A stretch of 53,426 bases of DNA. It comes from a virus (lineage: Duplodnaviria; Heunggongvirae; Uroviricota; Caudoviricetes). The notes below the pieces were generated by a model. That model was not told the origin of the DNA and ran no database searches. It saw only the letters and a list, made by a program, of their open reading frames with translations. Positions 18,729 to 27,531 of this stretch are shown piece by piece. A program made the position numbers and the translations under genes. Within the stretch, counting starts at the first letter, position 1; every line of letters begins with the position of its first letter. Where the stretch lies: IMG/VR virus record IMGVR_UViG_2541047798_000005, one strand, 5' to 3'.

Positions 18729-19456
18729 TGAATTTAGAATCCATTCTGAAATTCCACTTTCCCAAATCACCGCGATTATCAGACGAAAGCCGGGGAACAT
18801 CCCCGGATGCACTTAATACGACGGATGCGCTTACCGCCGCTGGTATGGCGCAATCGCGCGTAGAGCTTGGCTATAGTGCTTTTTTAGGGAAAATGGAGCT
18901 ATCGCAAGCTGAAAAACACAGGGCCGTAATTTTGCTTACAGAGCGTTTAAGGGTTATGGCGAAAGATTACGAATACGTGATGGAATTAAATGAAGAACAA
19001 CGCAATGATCTTATTATTCTTGTTGCCGTTTTCGCGTTTCGGGATTACTGCCAAAGTGCGGCTACCGAAAAGGTTTGCCCTAAGTGCGGAGGTAACGGGC
19101 TTTTACCGAATCCATATTGTGAATACACATCGACAGTTTGCTCGCGGTGCAACGGCAAAGGCTACGTTAAAAACCATTGCCAGAGGTGCAAGGGGCGTGG
19201 CGAAGTACCGGATAAAGCAGCCAGCGAAGCGGCGGAAATGCCAGTATTCAAAACGTGCCAGCACTGCGGCGGGCGCGGGTACTCGCGTTTCCCTGTAGAT
19301 CTCGTCCGGCAGGCCGTTAACCAGCTTGTTTTCCCGGTAAGCAGATCAACATGGTGGAAGAAATACCGGGTTTTCTATGAAGACGCCATAGCGGAGCTAT
19401 TCAAAGAAGAGGCCCGCGCGGAAAGCGAAATTAAACGAGTGACACGGGGTGAATAA
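18728..19456 (+). CDS. Q: Late-gene antiterminator Q (lambda type)
   Basis: 242 aa; N-terminus MNLESILKFHFPKSPRLSDESRG...AAGMAQS closely parallels lambda Q MRLESVAKFHSPKSPMMSD...; Cys clusters (zinc finger). Confidence 0.85.
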   Translation: MNLESILKFHFPKSPRLSDESRGTSPDALNTTDALTAAGMAQSRVELGYSAFLGKMELSQAEKHRAVILLTERLRVMAKDYEYVMELNEEQRNDLIILVAVFAFRDYCQSAATEKVCPKCGGNGLLPNPYCEYTSTVCSRCNGKGYVKNHCQRCKGRGEVPDKAASEAAEMPVFKTCQHCGGRGYSRFPVDLVRQAVNQLVFPVSRSTWWKKYRVFYEDAIAELFKEEARAESEIKRVTRGE

Positions 19457-19659
19457 TGGACAAGTTAGAAATAAACGATCAGTTTGCCGTTATCTTGTTC
19501 GAAGATAAAACGGGCGGCGCGTGGTGTAAGAAAGTAACTGGTGCAGAAGCGCGATTGATATTGGGTATGGCAAGCGCATTAAACGAAGGCGAATTGCCAG
19601 CCGTACCTATTGAGCCTGTTCACATTTACGGGAGGAATAGAGAAGATGAAAATAATTAA
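19456..19659 (+). CDS. Hypothetical protein
   Basis: 67 aa ORF. Confidence 0.4.
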   Translation: MDKLEINDQFAVILFEDKTGGAWCKKVTGAEARLILGMASALNEGELPAVPIEPVHIYGRNREDENN

Positions 19660-19993
19660 TATCGGGTGGTTATATTGCGAAAACTGCGACGACGACGGCA
19701 TGGTTGTTAAGACTGAAAAAGGTTGCGGCTTCTTTTTGTATCAAGGCGATAAGTTTGTTTGTCCGCGATGCGGTGGTCATGGTGAGATAGAAATTATTGA
19801 AGATAGTGCTACAGCACCAGAGCCGGAGCGCATTGTTCTTGACGAAAAAATAAAAATTCATCCTGATTTATTGCAGCAAATTATCGATCACATATCGGCA
19901 GCAGCAATCTATGCAGATAATAATTATCATCGTAAAATGAACGTAAAACGTGTTCTTGAGCAGTATTTCGAGGGTGGTGATAATGAAGCCTAA
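19648..19993 (+). CDS. Zinc-ribbon hypothetical protein
   Basis: 114 aa from ATG at 19648 with GGGAGG RBS; CENC...CPRCGG motif. Confidence 0.45.
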
Positions 19994-20252
19994 ATTAAAA
20001 GAACATGAATTCAGGGATCTTGTAAACGGAATAACTGATAAGTCCAGGACTTATTCAAATACACAACAATTAAGGGCTGTGATAGTTACTGAATTAAGGA
20101 AATATATAGACCTAAGAGATCCGGTCGATGTTATGACGATGGACGAGGCCATCAAGCGCCGTTCGGCTGAATGGTCAGTGAGTAATACCGGATTAACCGG
20201 ATATATTGAAGGCTATAACGACTGTTTACAGGATCATAGCGATGGCAAGTAA
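19983..20252 (+). CDS. Hypothetical protein
   Basis: 89 aa from ATG at 19983. Confidence 0.4.
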   Translation: MKPKLKEHEFRDLVNGITDKSRTYSNTQQLRAVIVTELRKYIDLRDPVDVMTMDEAIKRRSAEWSVSNTGLTGYIEGYNDCLQDHSDGK

Positions 20253-20550
20253 AGACCTGCATTTGAATCTGAAAGGGGAATACTTCCACGCCATCCGGGC
20301 GGGAAAGAAGGTGGAAGAATACAGGCTTTACAATGACTATTGGCGTAAACGCCTGGAGGGGCGGGAATATGAACGCCTGATCATTAAGCTGGGGTATCCA
20401 GCCAGCCACGAAGCGCACCGGATCATAAACCTGCCTTATTTCGGGTACGAAGTAAAAACTATCACGCATCCATTATTCGGCCCTGATCCTGTTAAGGTAT
20501 TCGCAATTAAATGTGATGTGAATTGGATGTTAAGGTGGGGTGAGCAATGA
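20242..20550 (+). CDS. ASCH-domain-like protein
   Basis: 102 aa; LKGEYFHAIRAGKKVEEYR pattern resembling ASCH (PUA-like) domains. Confidence 0.45.
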   Translation: MASKDLHLNLKGEYFHAIRAGKKVEEYRLYNDYWRKRLEGREYERLIIKLGYPASHEAHRIINLPYFGYEVKTITHPLFGPDPVKVFAIKCDVNWMLRWGEQ

Positions 20551-20762
20551 AAAAAGCTGGCCTGTCAATCAGTCGTGTGTTGTGCGGCGACGAAAGCGAG
20601 ATCCGCATAGAAATTAAATTTAGCACGGGTAAAGAGATAATTCTCTATACGACACCTGAAAACCTGACGCTGGCGCTTACTGGTAAATCTGAAACGCCGT
20701 GCGACGTCCGGTTGCGCAATATTGAGATTAAGGAAATAGGAAGGGTGAGAAATGAAAAGTAA
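20547..20762 (+). CDS. Hypothetical protein
   Basis: 71 aa ORF. Confidence 0.35.
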   Translation: MKKAGLSISRVLCGDESEIRIEIKFSTGKEIILYTTPENLTLALTGKSETPCDVRLRNIEIKEIGRVRNEK

Positions 20763-20964
20763 CCGTAAACGCCTGGTAAGGTCATATGACAAAGCGTTAA
20801 AGGTTTTTGATGATCTGCGACACAATAAACGCCAGCGCCGCAAATGGGCGCGAATGCTTGTTGGTGAATGGCATAACGAAGATTTCTTTCTGGAAGCGCG
20901 GCACATGACGCAAGAAGACGCGGACCAATTAGCTTACGATAACGTTTATTATATGATGTGGTGA
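20752..20964 (+). CDS. Hypothetical protein
   Basis: 70 aa ORF. Confidence 0.35.
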   Translation: MKSNRKRLVRSYDKALKVFDDLRHNKRQRRKWARMLVGEWHNEDFFLEARHMTQEDADQLAYDNVYYMMW

Positions 20965-20968
20965 CAAT

Positions 20969-21334
20969 ATGCAAATAATCCTTGATTACCTTTGCCACGC
21001 TGCAAATACAATTTTTGGCATGTATCAGCAACAATTCCTCAAAGAATGGGACGACATGCTGAATGATATCCTCGATAAAGGATTAATAATGGAGGTTGAC
21101 GAGCTTACAATCAAATTTAATTATGAGGGTGAAATTTATCTAATTTGGGTCGGGAATAGATGGTATTCATACGGTCATATTTATTCAATTGGCGATAAAT
21201 ACATTAAACGAAGCCAGGAATTCAGACCGCGCTTCCGAACAATGCGCCGCCTGCATGATCTGCATATGAAGTTATTCGAAGATCAGGAAGCACGGGAATT
21301 ATTCAAAATTTACGGGGATAAATCATGGAGCTAA
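20969..21334 (+). CDS. Hypothetical protein
   Basis: 121 aa ORF. Confidence 0.4.
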   Translation: MQIILDYLCHAANTIFGMYQQQFLKEWDDMLNDILDKGLIMEVDELTIKFNYEGEIYLIWVGNRWYSYGHIYSIGDKYIKRSQEFRPRFRTMRRLHDLHMKLFEDQEARELFKIYGDKSWS

Positions 21335-21555
21335 AAATCTGGCAGGCTATCGACGTGGTTGATAACGAATTATCTATGTTTGCCACTGACGGAAAGCGCG
21401 TGGTGATCGCCACATGGACGCGCAACCATGATGATATTGCTTTTCGTCGCAAGGCGGCGGAATGGCTTTTCTCTGATGGCGGCTACACGATGAACATCGC
21501 ACAGCTTGCCAGAATGAAAGATGAAAAGCTGGTGGACAGCTACACAACTGCGTAA
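21325..21555 (+). CDS. Hypothetical protein
   Basis: 76 aa ORF. Confidence 0.35.
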   Translation: MELKIWQAIDVVDNELSMFATDGKRVVIATWTRNHDDIAFRRKAAEWLFSDGGYTMNIAQLARMKDEKLVDSYTTA

Positions 21556-21565
21556 CGGGGTAAAT

Positions 21566-21799
21566 ATGCGTATCTATGAACACAAGCGGGATAAAACCCG
21601 CTTTTTTGTTCGTGCTGGCGTGGCGTACCAGTATCACGAATGCGGTTACATTGAGGCGCTTGCTTACGATCTGGACTTCGAGCAAGAAAAGGAATGGTTC
21701 GATTTTAAAATTTACCGTAAGCGCAAACCAACGCGCGACGAGCGCCACGCTATCCGTGACTTTTTAATCAGCATTGAGCGTTGGGGGACAGAAGAATGA
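21566..21799 (+). CDS. Hypothetical protein
   Basis: 77 aa from ATG at 21566. Confidence 0.35.
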   Translation: MRIYEHKRDKTRFFVRAGVAYQYHECGYIEALAYDLDFEQEKEWFDFKIYRKRKPTRDERHAIRDFLISIERWGTEE

Positions 21800-22074
21800 G
21801 AACAAAGAAAACAGCAGATCAGAAAGCGTTAGTTATCGCTACAACGGATGTATCGTTATTTACGAAGGGTGAAGAGATAGATCTTAAATTGCTTTTCGGA
21901 ATGTTTGAGCCACACGAAAAGCCGTGGTTCGTACATGAAGATAAACAAGGCAATATGCGCGTAGTAGTACCTGACAGTAAAAGCGATATATTTTTTGGTG
22001 TTCCAGATCCGTTACATGACGGTGAAATGCTGGCGGTATTGTTGATCTCTGATGCTGTTACTTATAAGGGGTAA
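21796..22074 (+). CDS. Hypothetical protein
   Basis: 92 aa from ATG at 21796. Confidence 0.35.
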   Translation: MRTKKTADQKALVIATTDVSLFTKGEEIDLKLLFGMFEPHEKPWFVHEDKQGNMRVVVPDSKSDIFFGVPDPLHDGEMLAVLLISDAVTYKG

Positions 22075-22076
22075 AG

Positions 22077-22304
22077 ATGAAAGTAAAATTCTTGCACGAT
22101 CACGGTTATCCGTCATTGAAACAGGTTGTTGGTAAGGTCGTTAATGTCGTTCATAGCGATGATGTCACTTGCATGATTAACGGTGCTGATTTAATCGCCG
22201 CTGGCGCTGATGACCATTACATCAATCCTGCCTGGTCGTATACGTTCAGCCTGGGCGACTTCGTTGGCGACAAGGGGCGCGGGCTGGAAGTAGTCGAGGG
22301 TTAA
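22077..22304 (+). CDS. Hypothetical protein
   Basis: 75 aa ORF. Confidence 0.35.
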   Translation: MKVKFLHDHGYPSLKQVVGKVVNVVHSDDVTCMINGADLIAAGADDHYINPAWSYTFSLGDFVGDKGRGLEVVEG

Positions 22305-22308
22305 CATC

Positions 22309-22557
22309 ATGGACGTTTACGAAGATCTATACCTTCAGACGAATACCCACACTTTTTATTTTTTGAAAAACGGCGTTGTATATCGCAGTGACGACGGGAT
22401 GGTAATGAAGGAGTGGTTATTTAAGCGTAAAGACCTACTCGACGATCTGGTTTTTGCCGGGATATTTCGTAAACGTCCGGCTAACCTGGAAGAAGAAATG
22501 TTGATTGAGGTAATTGAAAATGAAAATCAGGGTAAGTTATTTCCGGGCGAAAGATAA
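22309..22557 (+). CDS. Hypothetical protein
   Basis: 82 aa ORF. Confidence 0.35.
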   Translation: MDVYEDLYLQTNTHTFYFLKNGVVYRSDDGMVMKEWLFKRKDLLDDLVFAGIFRKRPANLEEEMLIEVIENENQGKLFPGER

Positions 22558-22771
22558 GGCAACAGGAAAGCAGATGGCGATCCTGGTTAACGAGGCCAAT
22601 TATATGTTTGTGCTTCAGCCGTGGTGCATAGCTGACTATAACGATGATTATCGCCGTCACGGTGCGCGGGGTGCTGTTGGTATGAAAGGCTGGCAACCGC
22701 GCGACATGGGAAACTATTGTGAATGGAAATTGGTGGCAAAATACACGGTAGACTATAAAGGGGTTTTCTGA
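22520..22771 (+). CDS. Hypothetical protein
   Basis: 83 aa from ATG at 22520 with GAGG RBS. Confidence 0.35.
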   Translation: MKIRVSYFRAKDKATGKQMAILVNEANYMFVLQPWCIADYNDDYRRHGARGAVGMKGWQPRDMGNYCEWKLVAKYTVDYKGVF

Positions 22772-22773
22772 TT

Positions 22774-22989
22774 ATGTTTGCAAGATGCGTTTACTCTGAC
22801 ACTGCGTGCTTTACTGTTGGTGAATTATATAGCGTTGATCTTCTTAACGGGTGCAAGCGCGGCGCTGGCAGGATTCATTATGTAAAAGATAATGATGGTG
22901 ATGCGTGGCAATTTTACGGCGATCATGCGAAAGGGGTTGTTAAGGGTAGTTTTGATAATCGTGTAATGGCGCATTTTGTTAAGTGGTGA
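22774..22989 (+). CDS. Hypothetical protein
   Basis: 71 aa ORF. Confidence 0.35.
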   Translation: MFARCVYSDTACFTVGELYSVDLLNGCKRGAGRIHYVKDNDGDAWQFYGDHAKGVVKGSFDNRVMAHFVKW

Positions 22990-23030
22990 GGTGTTGGACA
23001 ACCATAAATGTGATCTGTATCACAATGTAT

Positions 23031-23064
23031 ACGAAATGGCATTGTTTCGACAGTGCCATTTTGT
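23031..23064. promoter_or_regulatory. Inverted repeat ACGAAATGGCA-N12-TGCCATTTTGT (variant of the recurrent motif) upstream of the 23104 ORF
   Basis: 11-bp arms with one mismatch; followed by TTATATATAAG (-10-like). Confidence 0.4.
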
Positions 23065-23103
23065 TATATATAAGCCACGAAAAGGCGGAGGGGAGGCAAG
23101 AAA

Positions 23104-23244
23104 ATGAACGCTAACGCTAAATATCCGGCATGGGTTTTTGAGTTATATGCCCGCTACTTTGAATTGCTGGCACCAGGTGAAGAAGCATTAAGCATTGACG
23201 AATACGCGGAGTGTTTGGGGTTCAAAGGAGGCAAAGAAGGATAA
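23104..23244 (+). CDS. Small hypothetical protein (46 aa)
   Basis: Not in ORF track; ATG with GGAGG RBS. Confidence 0.35.
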   Translation: MNANAKYPAWVFELYARYFELLAPGEEALSIDEYAECLGFKGGKEG

Positions 23245-23287
23245 AGCACGGTGTCGGATGGCTCCATCAAACCAGAAGGGTTGAATC

Positions 23288-23587
23288 ATGAAAAGCGATA
23301 AATTCATTGCGTGCTGTTTTGTTGAAGTGCCTAAAGGTGATGTTTTCTGTAATTACGAATTTAAAGACAGTTTAGGCCGATCTCATGTTGTTGTTGGTAA
23401 GCGCGGCGACTGGTTATATATCACTGATGGAGACAGGATCTTCACTAAAAACCAGTTGTTAAGAATAAAGGCAGAAAATAATGAAATACCAGTAGGTAAT
23501 ATGGGGATCATGAATTATCACGCCTGCCTATGTTTAAAGCATGATGCGGTGAATAAAGCGCGTAGCTTACCTGGTGCTGAATTTTAA
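23288..23587 (+). CDS. Hypothetical protein
   Basis: 99 aa ORF. Confidence 0.4.
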   Translation: MKSDKFIACCFVEVPKGDVFCNYEFKDSLGRSHVVVGKRGDWLYITDGDRIFTKNQLLRIKAENNEIPVGNMGIMNYHACLCLKHDAVNKARSLPGAEF

Positions 23588-23610
23588 TTTATTACGAAGG
23601 AGAATAGCAA

Positions 23611-23934
23611 GTGTCTAAATTTATCAGCGTTAAGGTTTTCCGTGGCACTTTTCCAGAAGATGAAAAAATCGGACAATTCGCCGGACAACCTGGCGCATGT
23701 TTCCGTGTAGCCACTGATGACGAAGCTAACGTCAAGTGCTTCCATGTATCTGAACCTCCTTTTGACGTGAAACACCTTGACGATGCAAATCACGTTAAAC
23801 ATTTTGTTTTCGCATCTGTGGTGCTCAATCCTTGCCCTGATGCTGAAGTGGAATTGCTTGGGGCTAAACTGGTTGCGGAATATAAAATGACTGAAGGAGA
23901 AGAAGGGGGAATTAAAATTGAGCGCATCAAATAA
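23611..23934 (+). CDS. Hypothetical protein
   Basis: 107 aa, GTG start with GAAGGAG RBS. Confidence 0.4.
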   Translation: MSKFISVKVFRGTFPEDEKIGQFAGQPGACFRVATDDEANVKCFHVSEPPFDVKHLDDANHVKHFVFASVVLNPCPDAEVELLGAKLVAEYKMTEGEEGGIKIERIK

Positions 23935-24172
23935 GCTGTATAAAGTCAGGTGTAAAGGCGAATACCCTGGCTTTACGGTTGGTTGCGAATACCTGGGCCA
24001 CATTGGGTACGGTCCTTTCGGTGAGTTGGGGATGAATACAATGGACGACGACGGCGATAGCCGGACGCTTGATCTTGATTCAGATGATTTCGAATACATC
24101 CCGCCAGTAACTTGCCGCATAGTTGATGACTTCCTGGCTGAACATGAAGACGAGGACGATGATGATGATTGA
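23918..24172 (+). CDS. Acidic hypothetical protein
   Basis: 84 aa, non-ATG start; poly-Asp C-terminus. Confidence 0.3.
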   Translation: MSASNKLYKVRCKGEYPGFTVGCEYLGHIGYGPFGELGMNTMDDDGDSRTLDLDSDDFEYIPPVTCRIVDDFLAEHEDEDDDDD

Positions 24173-24365
24173 GTGCCTTATAGCTGTGATTGTTCTGCTT
24201 TATATCGCTGGTGCGATCCTGATGTCGTGTTTTATTAAATTTAGCGGCGCTGAACCTGGTGGCCTTGAGATTCCTTTATGGCCTGTAGTGATATTTCTCG
24301 CTTTCTTCGATGCTACGGTAGTGCAGATCAAGCGAGCCATTAAGGAGCGCAAAAATGGGAAATAG
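24159..24365 (+). CDS. Small membrane protein (start ambiguous)
   Basis: About 68 aa with 2 predicted TM segments. Confidence 0.3.
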   Translation: MMMIECLIAVIVLLYIAGAILMSCFIKFSGAEPGGLEIPLWPVVIFLAFFDATVVQIKRAIKERKNGK

Positions 24366-24579
24366 CGACCATCAATATGACGGTGTTTATCAGTCATTGG
24401 CTTCACGCGCCTATTATCGCCTTGAAGGTGAACACGTAATGATGCGATTGCGCCAGTTTGATCCGTGGCATGAACCGTTTTTAACTATGACATCTGCGGA
24501 GGTCATCACGATGTTTAATCACGGATACTGGCGCAAGATTGGCGATATTAAGTTCAGGATGTTTAAAGATGGCAGCTAA
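24355..24579 (+). CDS. Small protein, paralog family member A
   Basis: 74 aa; shares DGVY...Y.LEGE.VMMR motif with the next two ORFs. Confidence 0.45.
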   Translation: MGNSDHQYDGVYQSLASRAYYRLEGEHVMMRLRQFDPWHEPFLTMTSAEVITMFNHGYWRKIGDIKFRMFKDGS

Positions 24580-24744
24580 ATGATTGAAGATGGCGTGTAC
24601 GCAGCAACAGTAGTAGACAGGTTGTTTTACCGCGTAGAAGGTGATGATATTCGCATTCGCGTTGGCGGTGGTGAGTGGGTAGCGCCAATCATTAGGACTA
24701 CGCGAGAAACAATCAAATATTTCTTGATGCTGGTGAACTGGTGA
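24580..24744 (+). CDS. Small protein, paralog family member B
   Basis: 54 aa, not in ORF track; MIEDGVYAATVVDRLFYRVEGDDIRIR. Confidence 0.4.
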   Translation: MIEDGVYAATVVDRLFYRVEGDDIRIRVGGGEWVAPIIRTTRETIKYFLMLVNW

Positions 24745-24757
24745 GGGTTAGCGATCT

Positions 24758-24934
24758 ATGAACGAGATCGAAGACGGCATCTATTTGCATAAGGTATTTA
24801 ACATCGCTTATTTGGTTAGAGGTGAATCGGTGATGATAAGACCTGATGATGTTCCTTATTGGGAATTAAGCGACATGGATCGGTGGCATATGCAAACATT
24901 GCTTGATAATGGCCTGATATATAGAAAGCCGTAA
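24758..24934 (+). CDS. Small protein, paralog family member C
   Basis: 58 aa, not in ORF track; MNEIEDGIYLHKVFNIAYLVRGESVMIR; GAGGG RBS. Confidence 0.4.
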   Translation: MNEIEDGIYLHKVFNIAYLVRGESVMIRPDDVPYWELSDMDRWHMQTLLDNGLIYRKP

Positions 24935-24942
24935 AGCCGTAT

Positions 24943-24971
24943 TTGTAGGTCGCAAACAAACAGATTAAAAT
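24943..24971 (+). promoter_or_regulatory. pR'-like late promoter (TTGTAG-17-TAAAAT) with -10-like pause element just downstream
   Basis: Reasonable sigma70 promoter immediately upstream of a terminator and the lysis cassette, mirroring lambda pR'/tR'. Confidence 0.45.
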
Positions 24972-24998
24972 ATTACCTAACAATGCGAAACTGTAACT

Positions 24999-25024
24999 AC
25001 CCGGCCACGTGCCGGGTTTTTGCT
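24999..25024 (+). terminator. tR'-like rho-independent terminator upstream of holin
   Basis: CCCGGC-cacgt-GCCGGG hairpin followed by TTTTT. Confidence 0.6.
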
Positions 25025-25041
25025 TTGTTGGAGGTAAATCT

Positions 25042-25242
25042 ATGTTCGACAGAATACGGGAGGCGTGTGCATATGTGACTGGTGCAGTAACCGCTTTTTT
25101 CGGTGCTATAACCATCAATGACGTTGCAGTGTTCGTTGGTATCTTATCAACCATAGGCACATTTGCCGTTAACTATTACTTCAAATCACAGGAGAACAAA
25201 AGGGCGCAAGAGGAACACGACGCACGAATGGGGAATAAGTAA
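25042..25242 (+). CDS. Holin (class II / pinholin-like)
   Basis: 66 aa from ATG at 25042 (GGAGG RBS); two TM segments and charged C-terminus, resembling phage 21 S21. Confidence 0.7.
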   Translation: MFDRIREACAYVTGAVTAFFGAITINDVAVFVGILSTIGTFAVNYYFKSQENKRAQEEHDARMGNK

Positions 25243-25734
25243 ATGATTAGCCAATCGCTGAAAAACAAGATTGTTGCGGCGGCGGCTGGTGGGGCGATCG
25301 CTATTGCGGCGGTGATGATTAAGCCATTAGAGGGCGTTGAGTACGATCCGTATCGTGATGTTGTCGGTGTATGGACTGTTTGCCACGGTCACACCGGAAA
25401 AGACATCATGCTTGGCAAGACTTACACGCAATCGGAATGCGATGCTTTGTTAAATAAAGATCTACACAAAACCGCAAAAGCGATTGACCCATATATCAAA
25501 GTCGAAATATCAGATTTTACCCGCGCTGCACTTTATTCATTCGCCTATAACGTAGGCGCAACCAACTTCAAAACATCAACCTTATTAAAACTACTCAATG
25601 ACGGCAAGAAATCAGAGGCGTGCGCACAGCTTAAACGCTGGGTATACGCTGGCGGTAAGAAGTGGCAAGGGTTAGTTAACCGCCGCGATGTTGAATATGC
25701 CGTTTGCGAATGGGGTGAAACATGGACAAGGTGA
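25243..25734 (+). CDS. SAR endolysin (GH24 lysozyme with N-terminal signal-anchor-release segment)
   Basis: 163 aa; hydrophobic Gly/Ala-rich N-terminus followed by lysozyme catalytic region (E...D...T). Confidence 0.8.
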   Translation: MISQSLKNKIVAAAAGGAIAIAAVMIKPLEGVEYDPYRDVVGVWTVCHGHTGKDIMLGKTYTQSECDALLNKDLHKTAKAIDPYIKVEISDFTRAALYSFAYNVGATNFKTSTLLKLLNDGKKSEACAQLKRWVYAGGKKWQGLVNRRDVEYAVCEWGETWTR

Positions 25735-26192
25735 AGACGTTAATCATCGCCGTTGTTGTTTGCATTATTGCCGGGCTTGCTGCCGTAACGTGCTATTACC
25801 AGGGTGAAACGGCAAGGTTGCAGGAAGAAGTCACGGTGACGAAAGGCGCACTGAAAACAGCAAGTAACACTATTCAGCAGATGAAGGAGCGAAACGCAGA
25901 ACTGTCAAAACTTGATAAGAGGTATCACGATGAAATTAAAGCTATCAGATCTGACATTGCCGATCTGCGCACTGGCATTGATAACGGCACTATCAGGCTG
26001 CGCGTCAACGCAATACCCGTGCGAGTGTCCGACTCCGCCGAATCCGCCAGCCGCATTGATGGAGCCTCCTGTAGACTCACTCCCGACGCTGAATCGGCTT
26101 ATCTATCCCTCAGAGAACAACTAAAAACGAAAGACGCTCAGATTACTGGTCTTCAGGACTACATCAAAACTCAGTGCTTACGCAAAGAATAA
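25722..26192 (+). CDS. Rz: i-spanin (Rz)
   Basis: 156 aa; N-terminal TM, coiled-coil periplasmic domain; overlaps endolysin end. Confidence 0.8.
   Translation: MDKVKTLIIAVVVCIIAGLAAVTCYYQGETARLQEEVTVTKGALKTASNTIQQMKERNAELSKLDKRYHDEIKAIRSDIADLRTGIDNGTIRLRVNAIPVRVSDSAESASRIDGASCRLTPDAESAYLSLREQLKTKDAQITGLQDYIKTQCLRKE
25930..26124 (+). CDS. Rz1: o-spanin (Rz1) lipoprotein embedded in Rz in the +1 frame
   Basis: 64 aa from ATG at 25930 (AGAGG RBS); lipobox LSGC; proline-rich mature region. Confidence 0.8.
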   Translation: MKLKLSDLTLPICALALITALSGCASTQYPCECPTPPNPPAALMEPPVDSLPTLNRLIYPSENN

Positions 26193-26470
26193 CAGCGCGT
26201 GGACGTGTCGCCGTTTCTGCCAGCCAGCCATAACCGGGCCAATCCTTCCCGCGAGCGACGGCGGAAATTCAAAAACACGTAATACCGGATCAACAGTCCC
26301 ATTAACAGGTCAGGCGCTACCTGGGTAGAAGAAAGCGCCACCCACCTATTTTATAAAATTCTGAAAACGGTACTCATGCAGCGCCGTTTTTAGTGTTTTA
26401 TAGCTGTTTTCACTCCCTGCGGTGTCGAGTTTTGCGGGGGTTATATTTTTCAGAATAGGAGATTATTCTG

Positions 26471-27013
26471 ATGGCTAAGGCTAAAGGCATTAAGTTGCCT
26501 CACTTCAAGATCCCGCTTTTTGAGCATACCACTGTTTTCTTTTGCCCGACCCGCGAGATGTTCTATGAATTTTGCGAAAAGGCAGGAATTCCGATTGAAC
26601 CTGATTTCGAGTTGGCTGGAGGATTAACGCTTACTTGCACTGGCGAGAATGGTGGTAACTTCTACGTGATCGCAGTATTCAACAATGAGTTGGGAACGCT
26701 GGTCCATGAATGCGCCCACACTACATTCCACGTTTTAAGTGATGTAGGCGTCGTGGCTACCACGGTTCCTACCCATCCGGCGAATGAGACTTACGCTTAC
26801 ATGGTAGACCGTATCTTCGATGCGTTTTTCCCTATCATAGCAGAATCAAACGAAGCACAGGTTGCAGCAATGCAGGCGGCAGAAGTCGTCGATCAGGCGC
26901 TGGAACAGGCAGAACAGCCGAAGGAAGAGGAAAAACCCGCGAAGAAAGGCAAACGTAAGCCCAAAGCAAAAGAAGCGTATGTGCCGCGCGTAATGAGCTT
27001 TAAACGAGGCTGA
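26471..27013 (+). CDS. Hypothetical protein with HExxH-like motif and Lys-rich C-terminal tail
   Basis: 180 aa; LVHECAHTTFH; C-terminus QPKEEEKPAKKGKRKPKAKE; AGGAG RBS. Confidence 0.5.
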   Translation: MAKAKGIKLPHFKIPLFEHTTVFFCPTREMFYEFCEKAGIPIEPDFELAGGLTLTCTGENGGNFYVIAVFNNELGTLVHECAHTTFHVLSDVGVVATTVPTHPANETYAYMVDRIFDAFFPIIAESNEAQVAAMQAAEVVDQALEQAEQPKEEEKPAKKGKRKPKAKEAYVPRVMSFKRG

Positions 27014-27015
27014 TT

Positions 27016-27105
27016 ATGATTGCGTCAATATTAACGTTTATGGGTGGCGTGGCGTTCGGGTTCATTATTTGCCTGTTTATGGTGATTATGTCTATGCGAG
27101 GCTGA
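27016..27105 (+). CDS. Tiny hydrophobic peptide 1 (29 aa)
   Basis: MIASILTFMGGVAFGFIICLFMVIMSMRG; own RBS (GAGGCTGATTATG, repeated at the next ORF). Confidence 0.4.
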   Translation: MIASILTFMGGVAFGFIICLFMVIMSMRG

Positions 27106-27107
27106 TT

Positions 27108-27203
27108 ATGGACGCTTACATCATCGCCGGATTAATTGGTATTTCTGTATTTCTGGTGAGTTTTGTTATTGCCGTACTGATAACCGTAAAAAGCAAGTAT
27201 TAG
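27108..27203 (+). CDS. Tiny hydrophobic peptide 2 (31 aa)
   Basis: MDAYIIAGLIGISVFLVSFVIAVLITVKSKY; same RBS-start motif as peptide 1. Confidence 0.4.
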   Translation: MDAYIIAGLIGISVFLVSFVIAVLITVKSKY

Positions 27204-27216
27204 ATGGGGTGGCAAG

Positions 27217-27291
27217 ATGATTGACCCGCTAATTATCCTTTCTGCCTGCGTCGCTGTATGGCTGGCGATCATGATATTCATTGAAAGCTGA
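27217..27291 (+). CDS. Tiny hydrophobic peptide 3 (24 aa)
   Basis: MIDPLIILSACVAVWLAIMIFIES. Confidence 0.35.
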   Translation: MIDPLIILSACVAVWLAIMIFIES

Positions 27292-27302
27292 AGGTATCCA
27301 CA

Positions 27303-27383
27303 ATGAACGCATACGAAATGCTATTGCTGGTGGCTGTAGTTGTGGTTATTGCTGTGGACGTATACCGGGAGATGAAAAAATGA
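27303..27383 (+). CDS. Tiny hydrophobic peptide 4 (26 aa)
   Basis: MNAYEMLLLVAVVVVIAVDVYREMKK; AAGG RBS. Confidence 0.35.
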   Translation: MNAYEMLLLVAVVVVIAVDVYREMKK

Positions 27384-27448
27384 AATGGCTTGATTTCTTT
27401 TTCCTGATCGTTGCGATTGTTTTTACCATGATCGCGTTAACTCAATAG
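27380..27448 (+). CDS. Tiny hydrophobic peptide 5 (22 aa)
   Basis: MKWLDFFFLIVAIVFTMIALTQ; ATGA overlap with peptide 4. Confidence 0.35.
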   Translation: MKWLDFFFLIVAIVFTMIALTQ

Positions 27449-27456
27449 GTGAACGC

Positions 27457-27531
27457 ATGAATGCTATTGATATTATGTTGATCGTGTGTACCGTTGCGTT
27501 AATTATTATTGGGGTGATTATCAATGTCTGA
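27457..27531 (+). CDS. Tiny hydrophobic peptide 6 (24 aa)
   Basis: MNAIDIMLIVCTVALIIIGVIINV; AGGTG RBS. Confidence 0.35.
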   Translation: MNAIDIMLIVCTVALIIIGVIINV

